The notes beneath the pieces were generated by a model, which was not told the origin of the DNA, made no database searches, and saw only the letters and a list, made by a program, of their open reading frames with translations. Both the position numbers and the translations under genes were made by a program. DNA of 64,000 nucleotides. Origin: the human T2T-CHM13v2.0 reference genome, Homo sapiens. Position 1 is the first letter of the stretch. Every line of letters starts with the position of its first letter. The DNA lies in NCBI RefSeq assembly GCF_009914755.1, contig NC_060934.1, one strand, 5' to 3'. This document shows, piece after piece, positions 26,334-41,689 of the stretch.

Positions 26334-27569
26334 CTCAAGTCTAGCCTTGCAAGAAAACCTCTTTGTGGCCAAATAATGGGGAGTCTTCGGGGTGGCCTCA
26401 GCCTGCACCATTGTGGCCCCTGGGCCCTGCCCGGGCAGTGGCAGCACTACTGCCCTGCAATGGGGACATGGAACATGTGTGAGCATGCAGTGTGTGTGGC
26501 TGGGACTGTCATTGCAAACAGCACATAAGCTGGAGGCTCTTTGTAAAGAAGCACTGACAGCTCTGGTCACTTCCCATCTGGCAGGAACCCCTAAATATTT
26601 ATTTATTTGAAAACCTCAAATATAATTCTCCTAAAATTCTCCAGATCAAAAACACTTTGTCCTTTCCTAACAAAATAGAATCATTTGAATGGGATTATTA
26701 CAACAATGCACCAATTTCAAAGTTCTTATAAGCCACAAAATGAGGGGAATTTGTGTTTAGATGTCTTTCAAAGCAATGAATTTTTAATTAAAAATTGAAA
26801 GTGGAGGAAAAGCTCAGCTCTAATGGAAGGGCTCTATATCCATGCTCTGGGTAGTTTACTACAGTGACAAAGTTGATACAGTTTTTATATTTGCTAACTA
26901 GTATCACATTATTCAAAAATTATTTTGCCGATGGATCTTCAACTGAATCATGCTTATAGTTACTCAGGAATTTTCTGGCATATGTCCTTTTAACTAGTTG
27001 ATGATAAAAAATGATGATAATAATAGGAGTGATTTTTCACTAAGCTATATCCACGTCCTCCTAAAGTATCGCCTGTCTGCATGGCACCAAAGGCCAATGA
27101 ACCCTCACCCTTCTACAGAATCCAGCAGGGAGAGTTTGAGGCCAGGGGAGTCTGGTCATTCTGGGAATGAATGAGAAGCACCCTTGTATGGTCAGTGGTC
27201 AAGCTGCTGCATTCCTAGGGATGGTTTTCCCACCTGGTGAAGCCTCTTTTAGAACCATGGTTCCCTTTAGAGCAGTGGGGGATCATAGCAGACGTAAAAG
27301 CTCTAAGTAGAAGCTCTTCAACAATAGAGGAAAACAGAGGCTGTGACTCAATGATGCTGCTCAGAGTGGGAGACAGGTGTGTAGAAAGGCTGAGGGCCAC
27401 AAGCAATGCTCCCAATGGAGCAGGTTGCTGTGGGGATCTGGGGCGGGGTGGGCCCACATGCCCGCCCTGCTCCCATTAATTAGCAGCCCTGGGATCCAGG
27501 AGCCTGGACACTGTGTGGACTTGACAAATTCTACTGATTGTGCAAGTGCTTTGTTCAAGCTCTAAGTGT

Positions 27570-27995
27570 ACCCTGCCTCCTTCTCCTCAGAGGACCTTTG
27601 CAGAGGCTGTTCCCTCTGCACAGAGCCCTCTTACACACTCTCTCGTTCTAGTTCACTTTCTCCCTTTCTAGAGCTGAGCTCCATTCTCCTTTCCTCAAGG
27701 GTCTCCCCAATCAACTCACATTCCCCATCTTACTCTCCCTCCTAAAACCACAAACTCCATTACAGCATTTATCCCAGATAGACTTTTTATTTATCTGGGT
27801 GATTCTTTGATGACGTCTTTCTTTAGCACTAGACTGTAAGCTACAAGAGGGAAGTGACTGCACAAGAAAAGGCTAATTCTTCTTTTTTTTTTTTTTTTTT
27901 TTTGGCTCACCATTCTATCCCCATGACCTAGTACAGTGCCTGGCATGTACTGGCATACAATACTAAGTGTGTCTTAAATGAATAAATAACTGAAT
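27570..27995 (+). mobile_element. L2 3' end
   Basis: cactagactgtaagct...cctagtacagtgcctggca...aatgaataaataa. Confidence 0.75.
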
Positions 27996-29962
27996 ACATT
28001 TCTTCTCATTTTGCTGAGTCTAGACAACCAAATTCCTCTGGTTCAAACTTTCCTCCTTCTCCTAATTCATTCATCTACCTATTCTCTACCCCGGGCAACC
28101 ACAGCGCTCAAATGCACATCTCATGTCTCCCATCCCTGTTGGCTGCACCAGAAGGGGCCCCTTGGTTGTGCGGGAGTTCATGTCCTAAGTATGCTGCCGC
28201 TGTCAGCTGCCATTCTTTGCGCTGGGTGAGGCCTCCATAATCCTACACCTCACTGGCCTCTCAGAAGATGGGGACTTGAACTTCCATGCAGATGTGTGGT
28301 TTGCCCAGGCCTTCTTTCCTCTCATTACCAGATGGCCCACTCGACACGCCAGGGGCCATTGTGTTACTAATGGACTAGCAGAGGTTCGGGCCTTGGGTTT
28401 ACCATGGGTTTGGTCTTAGGAAAGTTGTGCAACTTCTTTGCATGTAAGCTTCCTCGTGTGCAAGATAAGGATAATAGCATATACTTCACAGAGTTGTAAA
28501 ATTAAATAAGATAATGCTTAAGAAGTAATTAGCATGGTGTTGGGCACATAGGAAAAAATGGCGGTTCTATCTCAGTACATGTGAGGATCTGCACAGACTG
28601 TGAAACTGACACCTGTCACACCGGGCCTCACACCCTGGCAGGTATCACGATAACGAAGTTGGTCCACCCTTGCCTGTAGGGTGTCAATTACTCCACAAGC
28701 CAGGTATCTGGCTGGGTACAGCTGAGCCTGGAGTCCCTTCCTGTTAGAGCGCCCTGAGCAACATATATCATACTCTTCTTATCCAGATGAAATTGCACTT
28801 AGAGCACCAAAGGCAGCCTGAAAGAACACAAATCTGAAAGGGGCAACCAAAAGCGGTGTTTCTCTAGCTGTACAGGAACAGTATTAGAGGTGTGGGTGGT
28901 GATAACAGCAACAATAAAGTAATAATTATACTTAGCTGCAATTGACCATGTTTTATTGCTGAATTGTCACAACAGCCCTGACCAAGTAGTTATTATTGCC
29001 CTCCCTTACAGAACAATGACCCAAAAAATTACCCAAGATCAGACTAGTGAGTAGAACCAGTATAGAAACCTAGTTATCTGCGTATTCCATCCTCTGGGCA
29101 GCACACTACTGCCATCTCCTTTATCTTAAATGTGTGTGGGAGTGAGAGAGCTAACGTTACGTGTGGCTTTAAATTTTTGAGCCCCAGTCCCTGGAACTAA
29201 CCCATCTACTTTCCTTGAATCTCTTCCTAGACAGGCCCCCTGAGCCAGACAGGAAATCCACTGGTATTTAAAAAGATAGGTTGTGTGCATGGTACATGAC
29301 AGGCTAGCAGTAACTCCCTTCATCCTGATTTTCCACCCTCTTTCTGGGTACCTCAGTGTCCTCTTGTTGTAAAAGTCATTAGGTATGTTTAAAATCCGAA
29401 TGCGATGTGTATCTGAATAAAGACGCTTATTCTCTCCTACCAGTTACTCTTCATTTTTATGTGTCAGAAAGCGTTCCTTGCATAAACAGGTGTTATTTCC
29501 ATGTACTTTTGCTCAGGTTCTTTGGATACCATGATCTTAGCTATCTGCAAAGCTGACCAGGGCTAGAACTCCATTTTACCACCTCTGACATCCACTCTTT
29601 GCCGATAGAGAAACTTGCTTCAGGACAAGATCTAGCTTGGAGCAGGTCGTAGCAGAGGACAGACATTTTACAATGTACAGAGATTATTGTTACGTCCACA
29701 TTATTATTTTTGGCACTAGGAAACATGAGGACCAGTGATGAAATGTCTGGGGAAGAGGTTTCAGTCAACTGTCACTATCTTCGGCATCCACCCAAGAGTG
29801 ATCTAACCTTTGCAAAGCCTTCACTGATTCGGGAACCTCAAATGCGTTTTCATTGTTAGGTTGCACCGTTAATTCTCTGTTGCATTACCTATCCTGTTTA
29901 AAAAAATAAAACAATCTAAGAAGGCAGATAATGTTTAATGGAAAAGGGCAGCGATGGACTAA

Positions 29963-30026
29963 TGGTTGCCTAGCAACCACTAGACATTGTTTTGCTGCTT
30001 CACTCTAGAGAAGCCAAAATGGCGGC
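29963..30026. promoter_or_regulatory. RFX palindrome plus YY1 consensus motif pair
   Basis: TGGTTGCCTAGCAACCA at 29963-29979 and CAAAATGGCGGC at 30015-30026. Confidence 0.5.
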
Positions 30027-30394
30027 TGTAATCCTTCTCTGGCCCCCTGGACAGTGTACGTGTGAGTGACGGTTCCCTCTGGGCCCACATCATTTTCTTG
30101 TCTTGGGCAGCAGATCATTCCTTTTTCAGCTTCCAAATGGGGAAAACTGTCTGCCTGATTCTTGAGTATGCTAATGCCTACACTTTCATCTTCTCAGAAA
30201 ATCTATGGCTGAACTTTTCAGGTTCTTCCTTTGGGCAGTACTGCTTAAGTGTTTTCATACCACTCTCCATTTCCTGCTTTGAGCTGCCCTTCCTGTCAAT
30301 CAATTACCAACCCTGCTTCTGTATTTTTTTTTGAGGTCAAGCTAGGTACTTGACATGATTTGGTTTTGGAAAACCTCCTCCTTTCTGCTTCCAG

Positions 30395-30692
<298 letters not shown>

Positions 30693-32264
30693 CCAGAAAG
30701 GTCTTGAGTGCTCATTCCCTAAGGCCGAGGAAAGCTTGACAATTATTGGACAACTGGGTTTTCTCACAACTAGAGAATGGAAGAGAAGAGAAATATGGTT
30801 ACAAAAAGTACAAGTGGAATCTTCAGAATTACAAGCATGATCAATAAGACTGCATGAACCTATTTTTACTAACAATTTTTCCATTAGCACGTCTTGAAAA
30901 CCACAATTCTGCTATCAATAGGAATCTAAAATACTTGAATTGCTTTAATCCTTTGCTATCCCTAAATCACAAGTAGATTGGAAGTGGGTCTTGTGTGGCC
31001 TTGATTATAGAGGAACAAAGTAGCAACTGTATTGAGGACCGTCCATGACAGCTTGCTGATTTGGGGGAGATGAGTGGGATGTGATTTCTTGGCCATCTTA
31101 ATGGGCTGGACACCCTAGAATGGAAGTGTTTAAGCAGGGTCCTCTAGAAGGAAAAGTTCAGGTGGTTTCTGAACCACGGAAATTGTGTGCAAAATGCAGT
31201 GCTTATGTTCACATGTCCATCTTTCTAGAGAGAGGGTCTGTAGCCCCCAGCAACTGAAAAACCAGTGGCACAGAGGGAGATGAGGAAATGAGGAGCTTTG
31301 GGAAAACTTGGCTTTCAAAAAAATATACTGAGGATGATTTAATGCAGAAATATCTTGAAAGAAAAGATGAAAGGACGTATTACTTCTTTTGTTCACTCAA
31401 GCCAATTAAATCAACAAATATTTACTGAACACCTACCATGTATGAGTCATTGAGAAATATCCTAGGAATACAGTCATGAAAATTGAATGGCCCATTAAAT
31501 CATGGTGGTGTAGCCTAGGGCACTGATTAACATTGGCTGAACACATATTATATGCTAGGACTATTATGCACATTAATAAAATCATCAAAAACCACATAAA
31601 CTTCAAAGCAGTATATATCATATTAAATCTCTAAGTATATATCCACTGAGAGCTGTCTGACTCTGAAGCCAGTCCTTTAGCCACCCACCTATAGGAGCTT
31701 AGCCCTGGGGAATTCTTTGGGCAGAATCCAGGGACATACTGAGTTGGGGTTTGGTGGTTCCAAGGAAAGCAGCTTCCACCTGAAAGGAAGTACAGTACTG
31801 GGGCCTTACTTCCCTAAAGACCCAGGGAGGGGAGAGAAAGTGCTCTGCTTGTATCCTAAGCACAAATGCAATACAGCAACATCAGTAATGGTAACTGAGT
31901 GCTTACTGCATGCCAGACCCGTGCTAAGCTCTCTCCATGCACTATCTTAATGTTCACAACCTCACACAGTAAGCATTATTAACAACAGCACTTTACAAAT
32001 AGAAATTTGTTGAGGCTCAGAGTTGCCATAGCTGGTGAGCATCCACAGCCTACATTCAAACCCAAGTTTCATTCCAAAGCTTTGCTTTCCTGCTGCTGTA
32101 TGTCTTTTGCGTCATCTTCGCATATTTAACCTCCTTGGCTCAACTGGGAACTCTTTGAAGGCTAGGGCCATCAATTACATTTTTGTTTCTTCCAGAAAAT
32201 TGGCACGTACTGTGGAGTAATAACAACATTAGTACTAACAAACACTTACACACTTTCACAGAAT

Positions 32265-32686
32265 TGTCAAGGACTACGAAGGGTCTGAGATTTCACCCTA
32301 CTTGCAACTTAGCAAGTCAGTTGGCCAGTTTTACAAATGCTGATAGAAGACACTAGACTCTCAGTTCAGACATTTACTCACAACAGAAATAGCCATCAGC
32401 ATTTTTGCATTGATTCCTACAGTATGACAGTTAAGAGGGCCAAAAGACACCTGTATACTGCATGACTTTCATTCAAGAACAGGAACTCTGAGTTAGGAAA
32501 CCGAATCTTTTGTAATGGGAGTAAGCATGTCTGTTCTTTGCTCTAGAGTGAGACACTATCTCAATCTTCCAAGGATGTTATATACAAACATCCTTGCAAA
32601 GATAGTTTGGAACAAAAGGGTACTTAGTGCCTTGCTTCCAAGACGTGTAGAAATGCAAGAATTGTCCAGAGAATTGTCTCCCAACA
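32265..32686 (-). mobile_element. LTR40-like ERVL solo LTR nested in a MIR
   Basis: Minus strand starts TGTTGGGAGACAATTCTC; TG/CA ends; 5-bp TSD agaat/agtat; MIR continues to about 32900. Confidence 0.75.
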
Positions 32687-33919
32687 AGTATATTGTTTGC
32701 TATATGTGAGAATCTATTCTCAGCACTTTCATATTCATTAGTTCCTTTAATCCTCACATCTCTATAAGATAGCTACTATTATTATCTCCATTTCTCAGGA
32801 GAACCCAAGGTACAGAGAGATTAAGTAGCCTGCCGGAGGTTACACAGCTTGTAAGTAGCAGAGCTGGGATTCAAATCTGGCTTGCTTCATAGTCCAGGGT
32901 GTAGCAGTTTCACTATTCTAACATTTGCTGGCATCAGCAACACACCTGCCTCCGTCCTTTTTCTCCAAAGTTTATCACCATATGAGAGTCCAGTGGTTCT
33001 CACACTTCAACGTCCCATCAGAAGATACAAGGTCTTGCTACCACAGTTGAATTCACGTCTGGCCTGGCGCCTGAGCACTTGCATCTCTATATTTCCTAGG
33101 TGATGTTGTGTGACACTGCAGAGTCTGCTTATTATGTCTTTCCCTCTAGGATATGAGCTCCATGAAGATCCAGCCGCTTTGTTCAGCGTGGCATCCTCAG
33201 TGCCTGCTGTAGTGCCAGACACATCACAAGCCTTCAATGCATTTATTGAAATAATGAGAAAAGGAAATGCAGGAAGAGGGATCCATTTCTTCCAGATTCT
33301 GTTATCTGACCTTAACCTTGGAAAATCCTCTAGTGCCATCCTGGCAGTTAAGGCCCTTGAGCAGCCGTCACTGCCACAGGCTACGGAGGTAAAGGAAGCA
33401 GCAAAACAAATCTTGAAAAAGGCAGCTTGCTCCTGATGGAGCTGCATGAGTTACAAGGTTTTTAACTGCAAGAATTGTTGGAGCCACTTCTGGTAATATA
33501 TGAATTTCATAAAAATGTTTTCCAAGGTGCACAGAAACATCTGAGGACTTTAATTAAGCCCTCCACCATCGGGAATGGAACTTTTATGTACATGGACTTT
33601 GGATTTTCTTTTTCTCTTTTTGAGCACTGCTGGCAAGGAAGCAAGTACCAAGCGAGGATTCCAATTGAGTTCTTTGACACGGAACCTTTCTTTTCCTTTT
33701 TTGGAAAATGGAAGTAATGTACTAGTACAGGCAGTCTGTTTGGGAATATGAGCGTTTATATTAATGGCATTAAACTCAGTATTTATACCACAAGGCACCT
33801 CCTTCCCTATGGTTTGTGATAAGACATGTGCAAGTTGCACTGACTTGCTTTCCTCTTTCCCATCCCAGACTCCCCGTGTAAGAAGCGGGTGCTGCTCCAA
33901 GACAATGAGTCTTCTTTGT

Positions 33920-34052
33920 ATGCACTAATTACAGAGGAGCTTTTGAAAATGTGGAATCCCAGGCCCTGCCCCCAGAGAGGGACCCTGGAGTTTACATTTT
34001 TAACAAGTGATTCTGCTTGCAGGAGGGCATGGATCCCACTTCAAGAACCACT
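33920..34052. mobile_element. MER5 fragment
   Basis: cccaggccctgcccccagaga...catttttaacaag...aagaaccactg terminus. Confidence 0.65.
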
Positions 34053-34544
34053 GGAATGGGGTAGGGAAGAGGCAAAGGCCTGGCCTGCGTTCTAACGTCA
34101 GCCCTTTTATGCTAGATGAATGGCTGTAGAGTTCTCTTAAACTTCCCAGCACCTTGATTTCCTCATCTAAAAAACAAGTATAATGTGTCTTTGGCTTTCT
34201 TAGAGGAATAGTGCAAGAGCACTGTATGGGAAGAGTAATGAAAGAAGAATTTCAGATTTTCAATCTGCTAGACATTTATACATATGTAGAACCAAGATGT
34301 CCCTCCAAGGCAAGGAGCATAAATAACAATGAATCCTCAAAGTGTTTTTAAAAAATTTACAGAACAATAACAGTACTTCTAAGGCTTATATTCTCAGTCA
34401 TGATTATTTATTAAATAGTTTAACTGGAAGGACCAGGTATGTATCCTCCACCCCTTCCATCCATCCCTCCTTTCATCCCATGTAAAATGCTGGCCTGCAG
34501 TGACTGACTGACTGAGACTGATACCGGGTTTAAAAGCCAGCTCC

Positions 34545-34988
<444 letters not shown>

Positions 34989-35049
34989 TCACCTCCACAA
35001 GAGATCTGAGGCACTGTTTCTAGGAAATCCAACCTAAGATTGCAATTGC

Positions 35050-35700
35050 ACCATCTATTGCAATTCTGGTCTGGATGTCTGATTTGGCCAAGATCACCGG
35101 TGCCATCTGATGCTAACTCCAACAGCCACCTCTCCACCATTATCTTGCCTGACAGCTCAGCGGCATTTGTTCCTGTTGACATGCCACCTTTCAAGACCTC
35201 TTTCATCGACCTATTTCTGCAACCTCCCTCCCTTCTGACCTCCAGGTTGCTACATAGAAGTGTCCATTTGACATTTCCATGGCATTCCACAGGTACCATG
35301 ACACAACAAGTATAAATATGACCTACTTTACTAAATACTAAATGTCTAACTCTATATTACTAAACTACTAATATAACATTACTCTTTAAAAGCCTGCTCT
35401 CTGACTACCTTCTTCATCCCACATCACCATCCATAGACACCCAACTCTTCCCCGCACAAGTCCAATCTCCCCAGCATCTCTCAAAGTTGTGTGTGAGTTG
35501 GTTCTGGCCAGCTCTTTTCAACGCCATCTCTTTCTGCTGCTCTACTTCCCTGTTCTCATTCTCTCCCCTGGCCCCTGCTAAAGTCCTTGCTGTACCTCAA
35601 ATGTGCCACGCCGTTCCTTCTACCTAGGATGCACTCGCTTCTACTCGCCTACCTGGTAAAGTCCCAACAGCCCTTTATGGCATAATAAGCACTGCCTTTG
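35050..35700 (+). mobile_element. L2 fragments
   Basis: Pyrimidine-rich decayed L2 (cttgcctgacagctcagcggcatttg...cctaggatgcactc). Confidence 0.55.
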
Positions 35701-35904
35701 CCTCACTGACTGAGCATGCAATGCTCTTTCAGCAGGTATCACACTGTGACACCACACCCACTACACGGTAATATGAACAGCTACTTTGACTCAGCTCTGT
35801 CAACACACCCAAGTAAAAATGACTCCATCAAATCACAAATAGTAGTTTGTGCTACTCAACATCAGCAAAATGTAAAGTTACTACATCGTATGTGATTGAG
35901 GCAA

Positions 35905-36300
35905 TGTGGCAGATACTGCAAGCTATTTACTAAAATTTCTTTCCTCCCAGTCTATATTTTCCAGCTTCCCTTGTGGTTAGTGTGATGAAGTAAGGAAGTC
36001 TGAGCCAGTGCAAAGTGAGAACTAATGTGTTCCACTTCCAGGCCAGGCCCGTAACTTCCCGCCAGTGCTCTTCCATGCTCTTTTCCCTTCCAGCTGACTG
36101 GCATCGAGGGGACATCCAGGATTACTAGGGAAAGAAGGCGGTGAGTCGCTGTCAGCCTGGGTCTCTGAATGACAGCCCGGAACAGAGCCCTCGTTGATAG
36201 CAAGCAACATTCTCCTTTGTCTCATGAACAAGAAATAAGCTTGTATTGTGCTTGAGTCATTATATTTTGGGGGGCATATTTGTAGTAGTAGGAAGCATTA
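35905..36300 (+). mobile_element. Old MLT1 (I/J-like) LTR
   Basis: tttccagcttcccttgtggttag...cagcctgggtctctgaatgac...aagaaataagctt. Confidence 0.65.
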
Positions 36301-39300
36301 CCCTAACATGGGAAGGTACTGTGGCCCACCCAAGCTAAAATAAAGGACACGTTAATGCAGTCTAAGAAAACTTTAAGCTTAAAATCACTGAGTAATGTGC
36401 AGAACAAACATTTGCATTCATTCCTGAGTCAAACCCCACCAATGCTCCTCATCTCCAGGGGAGACAGTCAGGGCATCAATCCCACCCACTCTGATGTGAG
36501 CAAGTATGGATCAGTCACTAAGCTGATAAGCCACTGTAGCTGACTGCCTAGCTAGGAAATTCAGCAACCTGTACAGTAAGTATATACTCAGGTAACTAAA
36601 ATTTTTAAGTCTACATTACTTCTTATATGTAGATTATGTCTTTGTATTCAGCAAAGAAAAACTCACTGATTTTCTAATAGCCCGCCTGAAAATGGAGTTG
36701 TTCAAAACATGGTTTACATATATTTCCTATTAGATTGTGCTTATTCATCCTTGCATCTGCAAGAGTTAGTTTATCTGACATATAGTAGGCATTCAGGAAA
36801 TGTTCCTTGGGCATTATGTAGGGAGAAATTCAAAGAAACGCAAAGCTTCATTGTTTCACTATTCCTTGTGACATTCATAATTACTTCTAGTATCACCCAT
36901 CTTACAAATGAAAACACTTTTTATTGTGGGCAGTCATAATTGTATGCTATCCATCAAACAATAAAACCTTTATAGCTGAGACACATTCAGCCTGAAGATG
37001 AAGTGATATATTGACTTCTTGATCAAATGCCAGAACTTACAGATGAATATGAAACAGACATCAATAATTACAGCTTGCACTGTAGCTGTTGGTTCCTAAG
37101 GCTTTAAATTCAATGAACAAGTAAAAACTGGACAGACACACCCTTCAGAAATTAGAGGTGGAAAAGGATTACCTCATTCCATACCTGTCACATAGCAGGC
37201 CCCCTGCAGCTATTCAGCGAGAGGCAGCCCAGGGTCCAGGAGGGGGTGTGGGCTGGAGCTGCCAGGATGGTGCCAGTGGGCAGGCACGGGGGAAACCTGG
37301 CAGGGGAGCACTTAGGAGCCGAGGTTTCTCTTGGGCACTACCCTCCCTTCCCCTTTCATTCCCTTGTATTCTGCTTCCTTGAGAAACCTGGTCCGGATAT
37401 AAAAGCACATACTTAAATTCAATTTCTTAAAAATGTCATCTCACCTGGAAAACAAACTTTACTTGAATCTAAAAATGAGTTACTACTACTACTAATAAAA
37501 AGATATTCCTCAGCTAATTCTTGATTTACATGCACATCTAAAAACATAGCATTCTGCATGGCATTTAATAAACTATCTCCCAGAAGCCTATAGCTGTGTT
37601 CCAGGGATTAAGATCATGAAAGCCAATGTGGCAGGAAGCTACTCTGAAGCATCTCTGTATTTGAAGAAATTCCGGAAAGGGAACAGACACCTCCAGAATA
37701 CTCACTATTGAGTAGGAGATAATAAAGAGACAACACACCTCATTTTAACAGTAGCACAAAATGGTTCAATGCCTTTCCAGGTTTCCTCGTGGCAATCTCC
37801 ATTGGCCACATGCTGTCATGTCCTTTACTGAAGGCAAGAATCCCTTCCCAGGAAGTCTATGCTGATTACAGCAGTTAACACTAGAAAATGTGTGTAGGTA
37901 TTTTTTTCTTTTAAAGCAAGCAGTGTGGAGGGAGGATGAAATAATAAAGATTAAAGAATGCAGTTCTGCACATTTTATCAAAATCTACAGAGCTCCCCAA
38001 CCTCAAAAATGAAAAATGGACCTTATTGTCTCAGTATCCTACAAAGGCCAAGAATATATATTGATAAATTTATTCTAACACATATTCTACTTTCTAGCAT
38101 AAAGTCACCCACTAATTTAAATTTGAAAACCTAGATACTCTGATTACCTCATAATAAAAATCACTTGAGATGCACTGCCGTGGGTTTACACAGCCTTCAA
38201 CTTTTCAAAGTATTTTTCGACCCGTCACCATGCTAGAAGGCACTGATGTCACAAATACCAGTCTACATTTGGTTCTGGAAAAAGATTTTCATGTACATAT
38301 TTTGTCCAAATATTACTATTTGTTTCATGAAAGTCAGAGCTAAGACTTTAGTAGAGTGTAAATTTTAAGCCAATGAATAAACAGTTGGCAGGAAAAAATA
38401 TTGAACTGACATGCAAAGCATTTGTTGCTCTGCCAGATACTAAAAATAAAAGCAACTTCTGCCAAAATGGAAAACTTGGATTCAGTTGGTTCTGGATTAG
38501 ACTAGGTTTCACTAACTTCAAAATGAGATCTGACATAACATCGGCTTGCCTCCTCAAACTTTATCATCTCTTAAAAAATAATGTACAACTCTCATTTTGT
38601 TTAAACAACAACCTCATACAATATGTTTTATATTTAGCAAGACACACATTTCTTAAAAAGTAATGTCTTAACAAAAATTTGGACATTTTATAAATTATAT
38701 CTTCATTTTTTGTGAATTAAATTCAAACTTGTCTTATTAAAGTTATTAATAAGCTAAAAGATAATATTTTAGACAAAAGGTATAAAGAAAATCAGAAGAT
38801 TTTAATGTGAGTTCTAAGTTGTGACTTAAAAGTTCAGATAACATTTTATTCCTATCCTTAGCCTGCTGCTCCCTTATCTGTCATCCTAAAAAAATAAGTG
38901 TTTAAAATATGCAGTTTGAGATTTATGATCAGTTGCAGAAACCTGTTTACGTACTGATTTACAGTCTTGGCTGAGGTATTTAACTCTGTCATCAGAACTA
39001 ATTATAGCAAACCTAAGATTATATATTCAATCTCTCCTTTCGGTGAAAGACATAGAATGTTCTGCTGAAAATCAGAAACATCCTGAGGGCTCCCAAACAA
39101 GAATGCACTGCCAACTTCCCTTTCTCAGAACCAGTGCTGTAAAGCTCAAAATTACTGTTCTTTAGTAAGATGTTTTAGCCTAAAGTACTTAAATAGTAAA
39201 TCATAGTTACATTAATGCCATACCAACGGCCTGAAACATATTAATCTCAGTTAACAATAACTGACGTTTACATTACTGATCTAACTCAGGCATTCTGGTG

Positions 39301-41206
39301 GTAGTAAATGCACATATTGAAGTTTTAGGAACCAAAGTTATTACTGATCCAAAAAGAATCCTTATTTTGCTGTGACTAGAATGGAGTGGACAAATGACTA
39401 CATCCTTTGAGCAGCATGCGTACTCAAGGAATAATGTTTCTAGGAGTAAAATACCTAATTCCTATTAGAAAGGATAAAATAAAACTGCTCTCAAATGACA
39501 TGTCAGCAGGGCCAATCCAAGACAACCTGTCCCCACAAATCTTCCCTCCAACCCCTTCTTCTGCTACACATAACGTTTTAGAGCTTTCCACAACCCATGC
39601 CCAGAAAGGAGTGACGACTTGGGAGAAGTGGCTTCCTTTATTAGATGAGCCCCCGCTATACTTAATTCTGCTGAAATGCCTGCCTTCCGCGTAGTTAAAA
39701 TGTTCCCATCTACATGAGAACCCCGAGGGGATGCTGAGGGGGCAACTGCGGGCACTGGAGCAGGCTGAAGAAGGGCTTCCTTGGCTGGACAGGATCCCAA
39801 GTCAGACCCTACAGGAGGCCACTCTGGCAAGGCTTCAGTATGGGAAGTGCAACATGCCTGCAGGGGTCACTAAATGCTCTAAGGAGTAGAAACAGAAAAA
39901 AAAAAAAAAATGAGACTGAAGTCAAAGGGAAATGCCCATATCGGGGCCCCAAGTGTGAGAATATCTATACCACTCGCCTGCTCAAAAATAACATTTTTAG
40001 GATTTCAGACAAAACCACTGGATTGTATAGTGAATATTTCCCCCATAATGGATTTTTAGAGGAAAGGTTTCTATACTAAAAGTCTGTATTTACCTAATTT
40101 AGCAGTTTGAAATGAATATTGTAGGTAAGTTTTACATGATCATATCTGTAAAATGGAACAAGGGATATTAAATCATAAAATAAGACTTTCCAACATTTGG
40201 TCTGGATACTGAATTAGTATGACACATAATATTCTAAAACTTTGCTTTCTCTATGCTGGCTTTTCTCAACTAAATGAAAGCAAGATATGATTTTTGGATG
40301 CTTAAATAGTAGCTAGGTATTCTCTTATTCCAGAACACAGAAAAAAAAAGCCATTAAATGTGCCACCATAAATAAAATTTTGTTACTATTTTAAGTCTAA
40401 AAATAACAGTAATATAATCATGATTCATTTTACATGTTTCTGAATTTATATTATCAACCCAGAGAAAGTTTATATCAGACAGGTAGGAAACCTCTGACAA
40501 CGACAGAAGAGGTGAACTGACAAAAACCATGCTGAGTGGTTCTTTACCTCCGCTGGGCACTGAGCAGGGAGGTGCCGACACACCTGGTCTTGTTCACCTG
40601 CTTGTTTTATGATTTTCCGGAGCCCCTTTCCTGTCAGAACCAGGAAATGTACATCTAATGAAAACGATTTCCCATGTTACCAATCCTCTCTTTCTGCTCA
40701 TTAATTCATTCAATCTTTTAAGGAGGAATGGGGAATGGGAGGAAAACCAAACAAATCAGTTCTTAGAAGGTTCAAAGTTATATTATCTTGAGTTATAATT
40801 GTCTGTTTAATACAATTACACCATTTTCTCTTCTAAGAACCATCTCATAATTTAAAGAATGACATGGCTGAGAAAAATACTTAGGAAGACATTTTTAGGC
40901 GTTGCTGAATTTAAATCATCTTCCAAATACTACATTCTGCTCCTTTCTTTATTGTAATAGTTTATCTGAAAGTACACAAAAATTAACAAATTGCTTTTAC
41001 TATGCAACTCTGAAATATCAAGTCTGCCTCCAATTAAAAAAAAACAGTAACTACTTTTATAACATTAAGGTCAAGTCATTTGTAAAGATAATATCAACTG
41101 AGACTTTTTGGCACTTACGACTAATCCATTATAAACAACTGTCAGTCTTAAAAACACAGTTCCAGTAAACGTGTAGTTACACTGGGTACAGATAAGAAAA
41201 TACAAG

Positions 41207-41520
41207 GGCAGCATGGTAGCTCATGTCTGTACTCCCAGAACTTTGGGAGGCAGAGGCAGGTGAATCATATGAGGCCAGGAGTTCAAGACCAGCCTGACCA
41301 ACACAGCAAAACTCTGTCTCTACTAAAAATACAAAAAAAAAAAAAAAATTAGCCGGGTGTGGTGGCATTTGTCCATAATCCCAGCTACTCAGGAGGCTGA
41401 GGCATGAGAATCACTTGAACCCAGGAAGCAGTGGTTGCAGTGAGCCAAGATCGTGCTACTGCACTCTAGCCTGGGTGACAGAGCAAGCGAGGCTCTGTCT
41501 CAAAAAAAAAAAAAAAAAGA
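41207..41520 (+). mobile_element. Alu (Jb/Sz-like), antisense within the FAM204A 3' UTR region
   Basis: Full dimer with expanded middle A tract; TSD aagaaaatacaag/aagaaagtacgag. Confidence 0.9.
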
Positions 41521-41683
41521 AAGAAAGTACGAGAAGCTCACTGGCTGTGCTAAACCAAATGAATGGAAAGCGCCAAAAGTGATTTTATACCAAGGGTCCA
41601 TCCATACAAATAAACAAAATCCTATCCTCTTCTTTCTATATTTTTTTTCTTACATTTCTTATACAAATAACAGAATGCTTCAT

Positions 41684-41689
41684 TTTATT
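41684..41689 (-). terminator. Proximal candidate poly(A) signal AATAAA
   Basis: About 180 nt after the stop, with U/GU-rich sequence (ATTTTGTTTATTTGTATGG) downstream on the minus strand. Confidence 0.45.

Noticed and set aside
33007-33447. Overlapping 146-aa and 108-aa ORFs
   Set aside because: Partly L2-derived, no recognisable domain, no supporting exon structure.
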